A stretch of DNA of 64,000 bases from Gammaproteobacteria bacterium (GCA_030652335.1 JAUSAW010000002.1:205866-269865); one strand, 5' to 3'; numbered from the stretch's first letter, positions 28,091-37,294 are shown. Numbers and translations: made by a program. The notes: a model not told the origin generated them from the letters alone.

Positions 28091-29280
28091 GCCGAATACT
28101 GTTTGTAGCAGGCGAAGCCTCTGGAGATGCTCATGCCTCCGAGGTCGCTAAAGCCCTAAAGTTACAACAGCCTGGCATTACTCTCGTCGGTATTGGCGGT
28201 CAAAAAATGCGCGAAGCCGGCGTGGAAATCATCTTCGATGCTTCTGAAATCGCCGTAGTTGGAATCGTCGAAGTCATTAAGCACTACCCCGCCATAAAAC
28301 GCGCCTGGAACAAAGCCGTCGACCAATTAAAAAATCATCGTCCAGACTTAATCATTTTGGTGGACTACCCAGGTTTTAATCTGCGCCTAGCCAAGCTCGC
28401 CAAACAGATGGGCATTAAAGTGCTCTATTACATAAGCCCGCAAATTTGGGCCTGGCATCAAAGCCGTATAACAAAGATCAAACAGACCGTCGATCACATG
28501 GCAGTAATCTTCCCCTTTGAAGTCGCCTTCTATAGCAAAGCCAATATCCCAGTAACCTATGTCGGATCACCTTTAGCCGAGTCAGTAATCCCCATCGGTA
28601 AAGACAACGCGAAGCGACAAATTATCCCCTCCCTCCTCGAGGGGGAGGGTCAGGGAGAGGGGGCTTCACCTTTTCCAATAATCGGCCTACTACCAGGCAG
28701 CCGCAAAAGCGAAATATCGCGACTCATGCCTCTATTGCTAGAGTCGGCTAAAGCCTTAAAAGCGATTTATCCCAATGCGCAATTCTTATTGCCTATTGCC
28801 AGCACCTTAAGCGAAGCAGATTTCCAGCAATTTTTACCTCCCCCCATCGCGGGGGAGGTCGACATGCGAAGCTTGTCGGGAGAGGGGATACGAATTATCA
28901 AAAACAATAGTCACGCCGCCATAGAAGCTTGCGATGTTATTATATGCTCCTCCGGTACAGTCACGCTCGAAGCCGCCATCTTAAGCACCCCCATGGTCTT
29001 AATTTACAAAACCGCCAAAATTACCTATGAGCTTGGCAAGCGCCTTATTAAAATTAAATACATCGGCCTTTGCAATATCTTAGCTGATCGCCCTATTGTG
29101 CCTGAATTAATACAGGATAATGCCAATGTAAAAAGCATCGTAGCGCATACCCGTAAATTATTAGAGGATCAAGTTTGCCGCGAACAAACTTTAAAAGATT
29201 TAGCCTGGGTCCGCGAGCAATTAGGGCAGGATAGAACCGGAAATAAAGTGGCTGAACTGGCAGTGAGACTTATTAAATAA
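28087..29280 (+). CDS. lpxB: Lipid-A-disaccharide synthase, carrying two in-frame repeat insertions
   Basis: ILFVAGEASGDAHASEV N-terminus, YISPQIWAWHQSR, LLPGSR, SGTVTLEAA. The extra segments PSLLEGEGQGEGASP and PPPIAGEVDMRSLSGEG coincide with palindromic DNA repeats. Confidence 0.9.
   Translation: MSRILFVAGEASGDAHASEVAKALKLQQPGITLVGIGGQKMREAGVEIIFDASEIAVVGIVEVIKHYPAIKRAWNKAVDQLKNHRPDLIILVDYPGFNLRLAKLAKQMGIKVLYYISPQIWAWHQSRITKIKQTVDHMAVIFPFEVAFYSKANIPVTYVGSPLAESVIPIGKDNAKRQIIPSLLEGEGQGEGASPFPIIGLLPGSRKSEISRLMPLLLESAKALKAIYPNAQFLLPIASTLSEADFQQFLPPPIAGEVDMRSLSGEGIRIIKNNSHAAIEACDVIICSSGTVTLEAAILSTPMVLIYKTAKITYELGKRLIKIKYIGLCNILADRPIVPELIQDNANVKSIVAHTRKLLEDQVCREQTLKDLAWVREQLGQDRTGNKVAELAVRLIK
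28626..28664. repeat. G/C-rich palindromic repeat inside lpxB (in frame)
   Basis: CCCCTCCCTCctcgaGGGGGAGGGtcaGGGAGAGGGGGc. It belongs to the GGGAGAGGG family. Confidence 0.7.
28836..28887. repeat. Double-hairpin palindromic repeat inside lpxB (in frame)
   Basis: ACCTCCCCCatcgcGGGGGAGGT (perfect 9-bp arms), then CGACAtgcgaagctTGTCG, then GGAGAGGGG. Confidence 0.7.
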
Positions 29281-29318
29281 CGCTCAACCCCTAGTCTTTA
29301 TGGCTTTTAGCAAAGTAA

Positions 29319-30959
29319 ATGACTAAAATTGGATTTGCGCCCCATATTTCCAAGGAACAGGAAATGCTTGCAAGAAAATGCCATGATATCTCTAGTGTAG
29401 AAGCGCTTTCTGATGGCCAAAAAGCACTCTATAAGGCCATTTTTAACTCAGAAAATAGTGAAATATTTTTGAAAGTTCATTTTGCTATGCTGGGACAATC
29501 CGGCGTGAATAGACTTAAATTAATTTGCTACTTTACAAAGTATATTCTAGAAGATTTGCAAACTACAGATCCCAAGTGGTTCATTGCTATAAAGCCAGCT
29601 GTCGATAGGTTAAGCAAGCACGAACTCTCAGGAACATTTTGGGCGTTTATTAAACATATCATAAAGGAAAATCTCAGTACAGCGATTAATGAAAATGTTA
29701 TTAGAATGGGACTTCACTTCTTATTTTTAGCTAAACAGTTTCGAATCTTAGGTCAGCAACATTTTATATTTGACTCATTTAATCGATCCACTTATAAAAC
29801 ATTAACAGCCTCGAATCATTATTTTGAAGAATTCAACATTCACCTTAAAGCTGCCGGCTTGACTGATAGTAGTTTACTAAAGTATTTTAGTATTGAAAAA
29901 AAGAAGTTTGACATAATTAATAATAAATGTGCCGGAGCCTTTTTTCCTGATTTTGTTAAACTAACATCCTTTATTTGTTTAATAGCTAATGTCATTATTA
30001 ACTTCTTTGAACCCGCAAGCGAGGACTATTCCCTCATAAAATTCGCCCTGCTTTTTAACACTTTTATACCATTCTATATGCTCTTGGCAGATCCTGCCGG
30101 CATTCGTTTACATGATGTAAATATTGCGATAATTATTACACTTCTGCTACACAGCTCCTTCACGTTTGACTTACCCCTCGCGTTTATTTCAATGCAACAG
30201 CTACCCTCAATGCATGATTATTTCAATATGAAATATAGAGATTTATTTATACAAAGATCGGAATGGTATCTTCAGGCTTATAAAGCTTATCAACTTAAAC
30301 GAATCACCATTATCGACACGATTACACAGACTATAGAATCACATTATGCCATAAGGCCAGACTATATTTATGAGACAGCCGACATCGGAAAGTCGCCTTC
30401 ACCTGATAGGCCTATTTCTGTCACAGGCTCTTTAGCCGAAGATATTACATCACAAAGAAGTGGCCCTAAAGTTAAAACCAGACCACTTTCTGCAGAGGGT
30501 GATTTAACTGCTGCTGGTAAAGTAAGCCCAATAGCACAAGCTGTTATTCATTTTAGTAATGGCTTAAGTTGCCCATCTTCAAGTGCTACAAAAATTTATA
30601 TTTTAGACTCAACAAGACAAATTTATGGCTGCCTAGATTCATCAGCCTTAAAATTAAACGGCATGACTGATCTGCAAATAGAGTATTTTAAAAATGTGCT
30701 AGAAAAGCATGTGGATGGCGAATTTTTAGCGCAAAAATCAAGAAGCGAAGCAGGCATTAAGATAGAAACGAATCCGACAGTCTTCTTTAGGGCTGGGGTT
30801 GATAAAACAGACCCTGCGCGTTACAAACTTAAAATTGTTAGTCACAGCTCAGCTGTAGATGGTGGCGCTCGTGTTTTTAGTCAGCGAATTGCTAGTGATA
30901 CAGACGCCGTGTTAGAAAACTTTTGCTTTAGCTTAAATAACAAAGCCGCCCATCGATAA
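29319..30959 (+). CDS. Orphan 546-aa protein with a central cluster of hydrophobic helices
   Basis: No recognisable family. Visibly AT-rich. Central TM-like segments are FVKLTSFICLIANVIINFF, LIKFALLFNTFIPFYMLLA and NIAIIITLLLHSSF. It sits between lpxB and lpxA. The start could be 29319 or the better-SD ATG at 29364. Confidence 0.55.
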   Translation: MTKIGFAPHISKEQEMLARKCHDISSVEALSDGQKALYKAIFNSENSEIFLKVHFAMLGQSGVNRLKLICYFTKYILEDLQTTDPKWFIAIKPAVDRLSKHELSGTFWAFIKHIIKENLSTAINENVIRMGLHFLFLAKQFRILGQQHFIFDSFNRSTYKTLTASNHYFEEFNIHLKAAGLTDSSLLKYFSIEKKKFDIINNKCAGAFFPDFVKLTSFICLIANVIINFFEPASEDYSLIKFALLFNTFIPFYMLLADPAGIRLHDVNIAIIITLLLHSSFTFDLPLAFISMQQLPSMHDYFNMKYRDLFIQRSEWYLQAYKAYQLKRITIIDTITQTIESHYAIRPDYIYETADIGKSPSPDRPISVTGSLAEDITSQRSGPKVKTRPLSAEGDLTAAGKVSPIAQAVIHFSNGLSCPSSSATKIYILDSTRQIYGCLDSSALKLNGMTDLQIEYFKNVLEKHVDGEFLAQKSRSEAGIKIETNPTVFFRAGVDKTDPARYKLKIVSHSSAVDGGARVFSQRIASDTDAVLENFCFSLNNKAAHR

Positions 30960-30991
30960 TAGGCGGCTTATTATTTCATTACTCCATTAAA

Positions 30992-31168
30992 TTATGGTTG
31001 TTTAGGTTTTAAGGCTGATTTTACTAAAGCGATCAAGGACATTACTACCATGGCGATTAAAAAAGCAAAAATGCCATAAGCGACCATTTTCATGGTGTAC
31101 CATACCACCATGCCAATCAAAGCGGCTATCAATATAATGATTGCTAATGCTCTACCGATGCTTTTCAT
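30992..31168 (-). CDS. Small (58-aa) two-TM membrane protein, below the ORF-track cutoff
   Basis: My own translation: MKSIGRALAIIILIAALIGMVVWYTMKMVAYGIFAFLIAMVVMSLIALVKSALKPKQP. SD GGAG 7 nt upstream of the ATG at 31168. Confidence 0.45.
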   Translation of the reverse strand: MKSIGRALAIIILIAALIGMVVWYTMKMVAYGIFAFLIAMVVMSLIALVKSALKPKQP

Positions 31169-31204
31169 ATTTTAGTCTCCTTGATTGCAGTGTTCACTTT
31201 AAAA

Positions 31205-31984
31205 TTAACGGACAAATCCGCGCTGGGATGCAGCCATAAAATCCAGCCAGACTTTAATTTCCGGACAGTTTTTTTGCATTTCGGTTAAGATACTTAAAGC
31301 CTCATCAATAGGCAAATTCTGCATAAACAATACTTTATAGGCATCACGAAGGCCATGAATCGCTTCTTTGCTGAAGCCATTACGCTTTAGGCCTCGTATA
31401 TTAAGCCCATGAATGGTCGCGGTGCTTTTATTGCGGGAGCTGGCGACAACATAAGGCAATATATCTTTTTCAACCAGAGCACCATGCACTAAAAAGCTAT
31501 AGGAACCGACCCTCGAAAACTGATGCACGGCGCAATAAGCACTTATGGTGACATTGTTTTCAAGCAAGACGTGACCTGCCAAGCAGGAATAATTGACCAT
31601 GACATTGTTATTGCCGACCTGGCAATCATGGGCGATGTGCGCATAGGACATTAAGTAATTGTTATTGCCAATTCTGGTTATCCCATCGGCCTTAACGGTC
31701 GCTCGGTTAACAGTGGAGCCTTCGCGAAAGATATTGTTATCACCGATCTCTAAGAAAGTAGGCTCGCCCTTATAGCCGGTGTCTTGAGGATCGCCGCCTA
31801 AAACGGCAAAGGAATGCACCTGGTTATTTTTACCCATGGTGGTATTTTGCAATATAACAGCATTAGGATAAATTTTTGTACCTTGGCCTATGGCGACATT
31901 GGGGCCGATATATGCATTCGCGCCTATTTCAACATCGGAGTCAATGCGTGCAGTTGAATCGATTGTGGCCGAGGGATGAATCAT
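31205..31984 (-). CDS. lpxA: Second, divergent LpxA paralogue (acyl-ACP:UDP-GlcNAc/GlcNAc3N acyltransferase)
   Basis: Left-handed beta-helix hexapeptide repeats plus the catalytic HIAHDC block and a C-terminal helical domain ending QRGFVR. The ATG at 31984 lies 1 nt after the stop of the upstream lpxA. The track start at 32002 is a GTG. Confidence 0.8.
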   Translation of the reverse strand: MIHPSATIDSTARIDSDVEIGANAYIGPNVAIGQGTKIYPNAVILQNTTMGKNNQVHSFAVLGGDPQDTGYKGEPTFLEIGDNNIFREGSTVNRATVKADGITRIGNNNYLMSYAHIAHDCQVGNNNVMVNYSCLAGHVLLENNVTISAYCAVHQFSRVGSYSFLVHGALVEKDILPYVVASSRNKSTATIHGLNIRGLKRNGFSKEAIHGLRDAYKVLFMQNLPIDEALSILTEMQKNCPEIKVWLDFMAASQRGFVR

Positions 31985-31985
31985 G

Positions 31986-32759
31986 TTATCGGATAATCCC
32001 ACGCTCAGAGGTCTCTAAAAAGTCAGCCAAAATCTTAATTTCGGCACATTCAGCCTCCATTTCCCGCAAGCCTTCAATGGCTTCAACGACCCGCAGACCT
32101 TGACGATAGATGATTTTGTAGGCTTTGCGCAAACTTTGTAGGCTAGCAGGTGAAAAACCATGACGCTTTAAGCCTTCCACGTTAAGCCCACATACTGTCG
32201 GGCTAACGCCACCTGTAATCATCACATAGGGCGGAATATCTTTTAAAATAATGCTGGCGTTGGATATAAAACTATAGGCACCGATCTGACAAAATTGATG
32301 CACCCCACACATACCGCTCATAATAACAAAATCGGCGATTTTGACATGGCCGGCGATCGCTACGGAGTTGGCGAATATGCAGCCGTTGCCAATAACGCAA
32401 TCGTGAGCTACATGGACATAAGCCATAAACAAATTATCATTACCAACCTTTGTTAATAGCTGGTCCTGAATGGTGCCACGATGTATGGTTACACATTCGC
32501 GAAAAGTATTGCGATCACCAATTTCTAAAAAAGTGCGCTCGTCTTTATATTTCTTATCTTGTGGATCTTCACCTATTGAGGCAAATTGAAAGATTTTATT
32601 TGCCTTGCCGATTTTAGTCGGGCCTTTAATAACAACATGCGGACCGATCCAGCAACCCTCACCAATTTCAACATCCGCACCGATAACAGAATAAGCACCG
32701 ATTTCAACGTTTTCAGCAATTTTTGCATTGGGATGTATTATGGCGGTTGTATGGATCAC
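31986..32759 (-). CDS. lpxA: Acyl-ACP:UDP-N-acetylglucosamine O-acyltransferase (canonical copy)
   Basis: Colinear with E. coli LpxA: QFASIGE.PQD.KY, EIGDRN.FRE.VTIHRGT, HVAHDC, GLN.EGLKR.GFS, ERGIIR. Confidence 0.9.
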   Translation of the reverse strand: MIHTTAIIHPNAKIAENVEIGAYSVIGADVEIGEGCWIGPHVVIKGPTKIGKANKIFQFASIGEDPQDKKYKDERTFLEIGDRNTFRECVTIHRGTIQDQLLTKVGNDNLFMAYVHVAHDCVIGNGCIFANSVAIAGHVKIADFVIMSGMCGVHQFCQIGAYSFISNASIILKDIPPYVMITGGVSPTVCGLNVEGLKRHGFSPASLQSLRKAYKIIYRQGLRVVEAIEGLREMEAECAEIKILADFLETSERGIIR

Positions 32760-33214
32760 TGCTTACTTCCCATATGTGCCGCGGTCAATTCTGCTGAACA
32801 GACTAATTCTCCATCCACTTTAACCGTACCTTTAGCCTTCCAAATGGCGCCTTTTTGGCGGGTTAATAAAATCTCTATTAATAATTGGTCACCTGGTATG
32901 ACCGGCTTTTTAAAGCGGGCTTTATCGATACCGGCAAAGTAAAATATTTCTTTACCTGTAACTATTCCGCCCTTGCTTTGCAAAGACTTAAAAGCCAGCA
33001 AAGCAAAAGCCTGGGCCATCGCTTCTAATTGAAGCACGCCTGGCATAACGGGATTATTTGGGAAATGCCCGGTAAAAAATAATTCGTTAATTGTTACGTT
33101 TTTAATGGCTATTATGGATTGATCCACCTGAAATTCTTCGACTCGGTCGATTAAAATAAAGGGATATCTATGAGGCAATAAGCTCAATATTTCATTAACT
33201 TCTAATTTACTCAT
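32756..33214 (-). CDS. fabZ: 3-hydroxyacyl-ACP dehydratase
   Basis: LLPHRYPFILIDRV, FFTGHFP..PVMPGVL. The start at 33214 (MSKLEVNEIL) has SD GGAAGGG. The track start at 33235 lies inside lpxD. Confidence 0.9.
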   Translation of the reverse strand: MSKLEVNEILSLLPHRYPFILIDRVEEFQVDQSIIAIKNVTINELFFTGHFPNNPVMPGVLQLEAMAQAFALLAFKSLQSKGGIVTGKEIFYFAGIDKARFKKPVIPGDQLLIEILLTRQKGAIWKAKGTVKVDGELVCSAELTAAHMGSKQ

Positions 33215-34247
33215 CTTGCCCTTCCATTTTTTCAATTATAGTCGCTTCCAAGGCTTTAACTCTTTGTGTGAGTTTATCGAGCCGATGTATTCTTGCCACC
33301 ATTTTATTCCAGTCCCTGGATTTTCTTGCAGGGTTTGAACCTGAATAAACTCCTGGTTCATCTATAGACTGCGCCACGCCTGACATGGCGGTAACAATAA
33401 CTTTATCGCATATAGTAATATGCCCATTAATAGCGGTGGCTCCGGCCAGAATGCAATAACGCCCGATCTTAGTGCTACCAGCGATACCTGTTTGAGCGGC
33501 AATGGCTGTATGTTCCCCGATAATAACATTATGGGCAACTTGAACTTGGTTATCAATTTTCACGCCGCTAAGCACTTGGGTATCCTCCAGAGCACCGCGA
33601 TCTACTGTTGTATTAGCACCAATTTCAACATCATCACCCAGTATGACGCTGCCAAGCTGAGGGATTTTAACCCAACGGCCCTTGTCATTTGCCATACCAA
33701 ATCCATCGCTACCGATCACAGCTCCGCTATGGATAATACAATTTTTTCCGATTTTCACTTTATGATAAATTGTCACATTGGCCTTAAGTGTGCTGCCTGT
33801 ATCGATAGAAACATAATCTGAAATAGCAGAGCCTGCACCAATAGTAACTTGCGCGCCAATCTTAACGTATCTACCAATACAGACTAATGGACCAATACTC
33901 GCTGTAGGATCAATTTCAGCACTCGCATCGATTACCGCGGAGGCATGAATGCCTGCTGTAGGAATCGGTGCATCATCAAATAAAGCCCCTGCTTTTGCAA
34001 AACCTAAGTATGGATTATCCATTACCAAAGCATTAACGGAACATTGCTCGGCTAAATCCGGCGCAATAATAACAGCACCAGCCTGTGTTTGAGTCAGATG
34101 ACTTTTGAATTTGCTATTGGATAAAAAGCTTAATTGAGAATTATTTGCTAAATGCAAAGGCGCCAAGCCAGTGATGGCAACTTCCTCAGTTTTTAACTGT
34201 AAAGTTGCACCAATGGCCTTAGCAATTTCGATTAAAGAGATACTCAT
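33207..34247 (-). CDS. lpxD: UDP-3-O-acylglucosamine N-acyltransferase
   Basis: MSISLIEIAKAIGA N-terminus, a long hexapeptide-repeat region and a C-terminal coiled helix. The start at 34247 lies just after the skp stop. Confidence 0.9.
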   Translation of the reverse strand: MSISLIEIAKAIGATLQLKTEEVAITGLAPLHLANNSQLSFLSNSKFKSHLTQTQAGAVIIAPDLAEQCSVNALVMDNPYLGFAKAGALFDDAPIPTAGIHASAVIDASAEIDPTASIGPLVCIGRYVKIGAQVTIGAGSAISDYVSIDTGSTLKANVTIYHKVKIGKNCIIHSGAVIGSDGFGMANDKGRWVKIPQLGSVILGDDVEIGANTTVDRGALEDTQVLSGVKIDNQVQVAHNVIIGEHTAIAAQTGIAGSTKIGRYCILAGATAINGHITICDKVIVTAMSGVAQSIDEPGVYSGSNPARKSRDWNKMVARIHRLDKLTQRVKALEATIIEKMEGQDE

Positions 34248-34248
34248 T

Positions 34249-34782
34249 TTAGGAAGACATTTTTTGCATAACGCTAATAACATTCGAGGTCACATCATAA
34301 TTAGAATTATAATATGGCGCCGCTTGATCGTTTAAAACCAAGTCATAATGTCCGGTTTTTGCTACTTGTGCCACGGCATTATTAAGATCGCTTTCAAAGG
34401 TATTGGCTGCAGATTCTTCTTTTTTCATTTCAGCGGCTTTTATAGTCATGACTTGTTGCTGAAAAGCCTGCTGCTGTTGAGTTAATGCGGCTTCCTGAGT
34501 TTGACGGTCTGATGCTGTCATAGTCGGTGCATTGCGTTCGAGTGTTTGAATAGCCGTCGCTAGAGTTTTTTGCTGTTGTTGTAACTTTTGCATTTGTGGG
34601 GCTAGTTGAGCCTTTAGTTTATCTAGAGTGCCTTTACCTTGAGGAACTTGTTGAAAAACAGCCATATAGTTAACCACGCCAATCTTAGATGTCACCGGTG
34701 CGCTGGTAGCTGTAACGGCAAAAGCACATGCCGCAGTTGCCAAAGATAAGCCAAGCAATGTTAGCTTCAATAATTTTTTCAT
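34249..34782 (-). CDS. skp: Periplasmic chaperone Skp (OmpH)
   Basis: Signal peptide, Gln/Lys-rich coiled-coil, and position between bamA and lpxD. Confidence 0.8.
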   Translation of the reverse strand: MKKLLKLTLLGLSLATAACAFAVTATSAPVTSKIGVVNYMAVFQQVPQGKGTLDKLKAQLAPQMQKLQQQQKTLATAIQTLERNAPTMTASDRQTQEAALTQQQQAFQQQVMTIKAAEMKKEESAANTFESDLNNAVAQVAKTGHYDLVLNDQAAPYYNSNYDVTSNVISVMQKMSS

Positions 34783-34799
34783 ATTCGCTCCTTAAGCGC

Positions 34800-37169
34800 T
34801 TAACTAAAGAATGTTCCCAAAGTAAATTGGAATATCTGAGTATTATCGCCCGGTTTTTTGTTAAGCGGAGCCGCCAAACTAAAACCAAGAGGCCCAAGTG
34901 GGCTTACCCATTCTATTCCTACCCCTGCAGAGTAACGAATATTACTTAAACTTGGCGAAGTTGGCTGTGAGGCCGCATCCCATTCAGTTGCCATATGATA
35001 GGTGTTATAAACGTTACCGGCATCCAAAAATGTAACCAATCGTAAATTCTGACTATCCGCTGCAAAAGGCACTGGGAAGTATAGATTAGCCGTTGCATTT
35101 ACGCTTAAGTTTCCGCCTAAAGCATTTCCTTCGCTCGTTGTGCCTGGGGTACAGTCACTGCCACTGGTGCAGGCTAAGGTATCCGATGGCCCCATAGTAC
35201 CCGCGGAATAACCACGGACCGAGCCCCAGCCTCCACCCGTGAAGTTATCAAAGAATGGCATATGTGAGGTATTTCCATAGCCTCCACCAAAACTAGCACC
35301 ACCGCCCAATGATCCAGTAACGCTATCGGTTAGGCTATGAAACCAGGTTAGATTTGATAACAATTGATACCAGTTTAGATCGCTGCCAGGTACGGCAATT
35401 CTAGTTCCTACACTAGCGGCTTCACCTTGAGTTGGGAAATACGCGCTATTAGTCGAATCGCGCGACCAACCTAAATTCGCTAATAATGAGTTGTAGATAG
35501 TCCCATGCTGAGCAATAAAGCTAGTTACCGTCTCAGAGCTACTATCAGCTGGCTGTTCTAATTGAGTCCTATCGACACCGCCACCAACGTTAAAATAGTT
35601 CCAGGTACTGATGGGGATTTGATAGTTAAGAGTACCGCCATAAGAGTTAGTCGAATAGTTCGCCAAGCCCTGATCGGCCGCATTGGTTCGACTAAAATAT
35701 AAGCCAACCGCTTGTATTACGCCATTCATGGTGAAATATGGCTGAGTAAAGTTAAAGCTGACACTTTGAGATGGTTTACTTATCTGAGTATTGATACTGA
35801 AAATATTCCCTGTACCAAATACATCGGGAATACTAAGCCCAGCTCCGACAATAACCCCATCAAGCTCAGAGTATCCTATGTTACCGGATACTGAGTTTGC
35901 GCTAGTTTCAGTTAAATTGTAATTCTCATCGACCTGGTTTGAAGTACCAGATACGGGCACGGTCTTATCATCCACGGCTGAAATATATGACAGACGCTGT
36001 AACGTAATTTTTGAATAATCTAAATTGGTTTTAGAATAAAGACTGCCTTCCACATAACGCATTCTTTCGCGCAAGGCATTGTCATTTGTGACAGTATTAC
36101 CAGAGAAAGTAACATGGCGAATATATACTTTTTGCCCAGGAATCACATAGTAAGTAATATACACCGACTTAGTTTTATCATCGATGGTAGGAACTGGGTT
36201 TACATTCACAAAGGCATAACCCAAGTTACCCAAAGCATTCGTTATGGCTGTACTGCCATCCAGCACGGTTTGCTTCGAGAATGTTGCGCCGGGTTTAATT
36301 TTGATTTGCGAAGCCAGCTTCGATTCAGGGACAATTAAGTTCCCCATTAATTTGAAGCCTTTAAAGGTATATTTTTGGCCTTCGCTTACGTTAATAGTTA
36401 AAAACACTTTAGTCTTAGTAGAATCGATGGCGACCTGAGTCGAGTCGATATGGAACTTAGCATAGCCTCGATTCATATAGTAATCGCTAAGAGCTTGCAA
36501 TGATTTGCTTAATTTGTCTTGAGAATATTTATCGCTTCCGGTAAAAAATGCCATAAAACCAGGCGTAGTTAAGCTTAATTGATCTACCACTGTACTTTCG
36601 TCGAAGGCGTGATTGCCGACCACATTAATCCTGATAATTTTAGCGCTTAAGCCTTCTGAAACCTTAATGTCGATACCAACGCGATTGCGTGGCAATGGAT
36701 TAATAACGGTATCAACTTTGACCGCATATTTACCTTGAGTATTATATTGTTGCTCGAGCGATTGCTGAATTTGGCGCAATAAGGAGCGGTTAAACATATT
36801 CCCGACTTGTAAGCCGACATTATTTAAGACGGTTTGCAGTTGAGCCGTTTTAATGGCCTCATTCCCGCTAATTGCAATGCTAGCGATGGTAGGCTGCTCA
36901 ACCACTTTAATCGTAAGCACACCTTTATTGTTATACAGTGAAACATCACTGAAATAACCGGTTTTAAATAAGTCTTCAATAACTGCTTGGCTTTGGTTCG
37001 ATTGAAAATCCTGGCCAATTGTTACAGGTACATCGGCCCTTACAGTACTTAATGGGACCCTTTGTAGGCCAACAAATTGAATGTCTTTAACGACAAATGC
37101 TTGCGCAGGGATTTGGATATTAGCGAATAAGGCTAGAGTAGTAGCAATAACAATAGTTTTTTTCAACAT
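34800..37169 (-). CDS. bamA: Outer-membrane protein assembly factor BamA
   Basis: 789 aa with a signal peptide, POTRA repeats (FVVKDIQFVGLQRV...) and a C-terminal beta-barrel ending FQFTLGTFF. Confidence 0.95.
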   Translation of the reverse strand: MLKKTIVIATTLALFANIQIPAQAFVVKDIQFVGLQRVPLSTVRADVPVTIGQDFQSNQSQAVIEDLFKTGYFSDVSLYNNKGVLTIKVVEQPTIASIAISGNEAIKTAQLQTVLNNVGLQVGNMFNRSLLRQIQQSLEQQYNTQGKYAVKVDTVINPLPRNRVGIDIKVSEGLSAKIIRINVVGNHAFDESTVVDQLSLTTPGFMAFFTGSDKYSQDKLSKSLQALSDYYMNRGYAKFHIDSTQVAIDSTKTKVFLTINVSEGQKYTFKGFKLMGNLIVPESKLASQIKIKPGATFSKQTVLDGSTAITNALGNLGYAFVNVNPVPTIDDKTKSVYITYYVIPGQKVYIRHVTFSGNTVTNDNALRERMRYVEGSLYSKTNLDYSKITLQRLSYISAVDDKTVPVSGTSNQVDENYNLTETSANSVSGNIGYSELDGVIVGAGLSIPDVFGTGNIFSINTQISKPSQSVSFNFTQPYFTMNGVIQAVGLYFSRTNAADQGLANYSTNSYGGTLNYQIPISTWNYFNVGGGVDRTQLEQPADSSSETVTSFIAQHGTIYNSLLANLGWSRDSTNSAYFPTQGEAASVGTRIAVPGSDLNWYQLLSNLTWFHSLTDSVTGSLGGGASFGGGYGNTSHMPFFDNFTGGGWGSVRGYSAGTMGPSDTLACTSGSDCTPGTTSEGNALGGNLSVNATANLYFPVPFAADSQNLRLVTFLDAGNVYNTYHMATEWDAASQPTSPSLSNIRYSAGVGIEWVSPLGPLGFSLAAPLNKKPGDNTQIFQFTLGTFFS

Positions 37170-37257
37170 CTGGTTAACCGTTCCATTCGAGGGTTTGCGG
37201 AAAAAGTTTACCTTAAAGAGAGTAGAATAACCAGCGTTTCTAACAACAAAGCAAAAA

Positions 37258-37290
37258 CTGGATTCCCGGTTCCCTGCGGGCCCCAGGATA
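37258..37290. repeat. Short palindromic repeat (GGAyyCCCGGTTCC...GCGGGCCCCAGRAT family)
   Basis: ctGGATTCCCGGTTCCctGCGGGCCCCAGGAT. It is closely related to 40625-40656. Confidence 0.6.
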
Positions 37291-37294
37291 GCAA

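Noticed and set aside
33420-33821. 133-aa plus-strand ORF inside lpxD, and similar antisense ORFs (5305-5499, 8029-8211, 8511-8735, 9193-9408, 17002-17211, 20174-20446, 32586-32942, 36114-36438, 53760-53990, 55283-55548, 56993-57226, 61161-61424, 62964-63164)
   Set aside because: All lie entirely within, and antisense or out-of-frame to, well-supported conserved genes. None has an SD or a recognisable domain.
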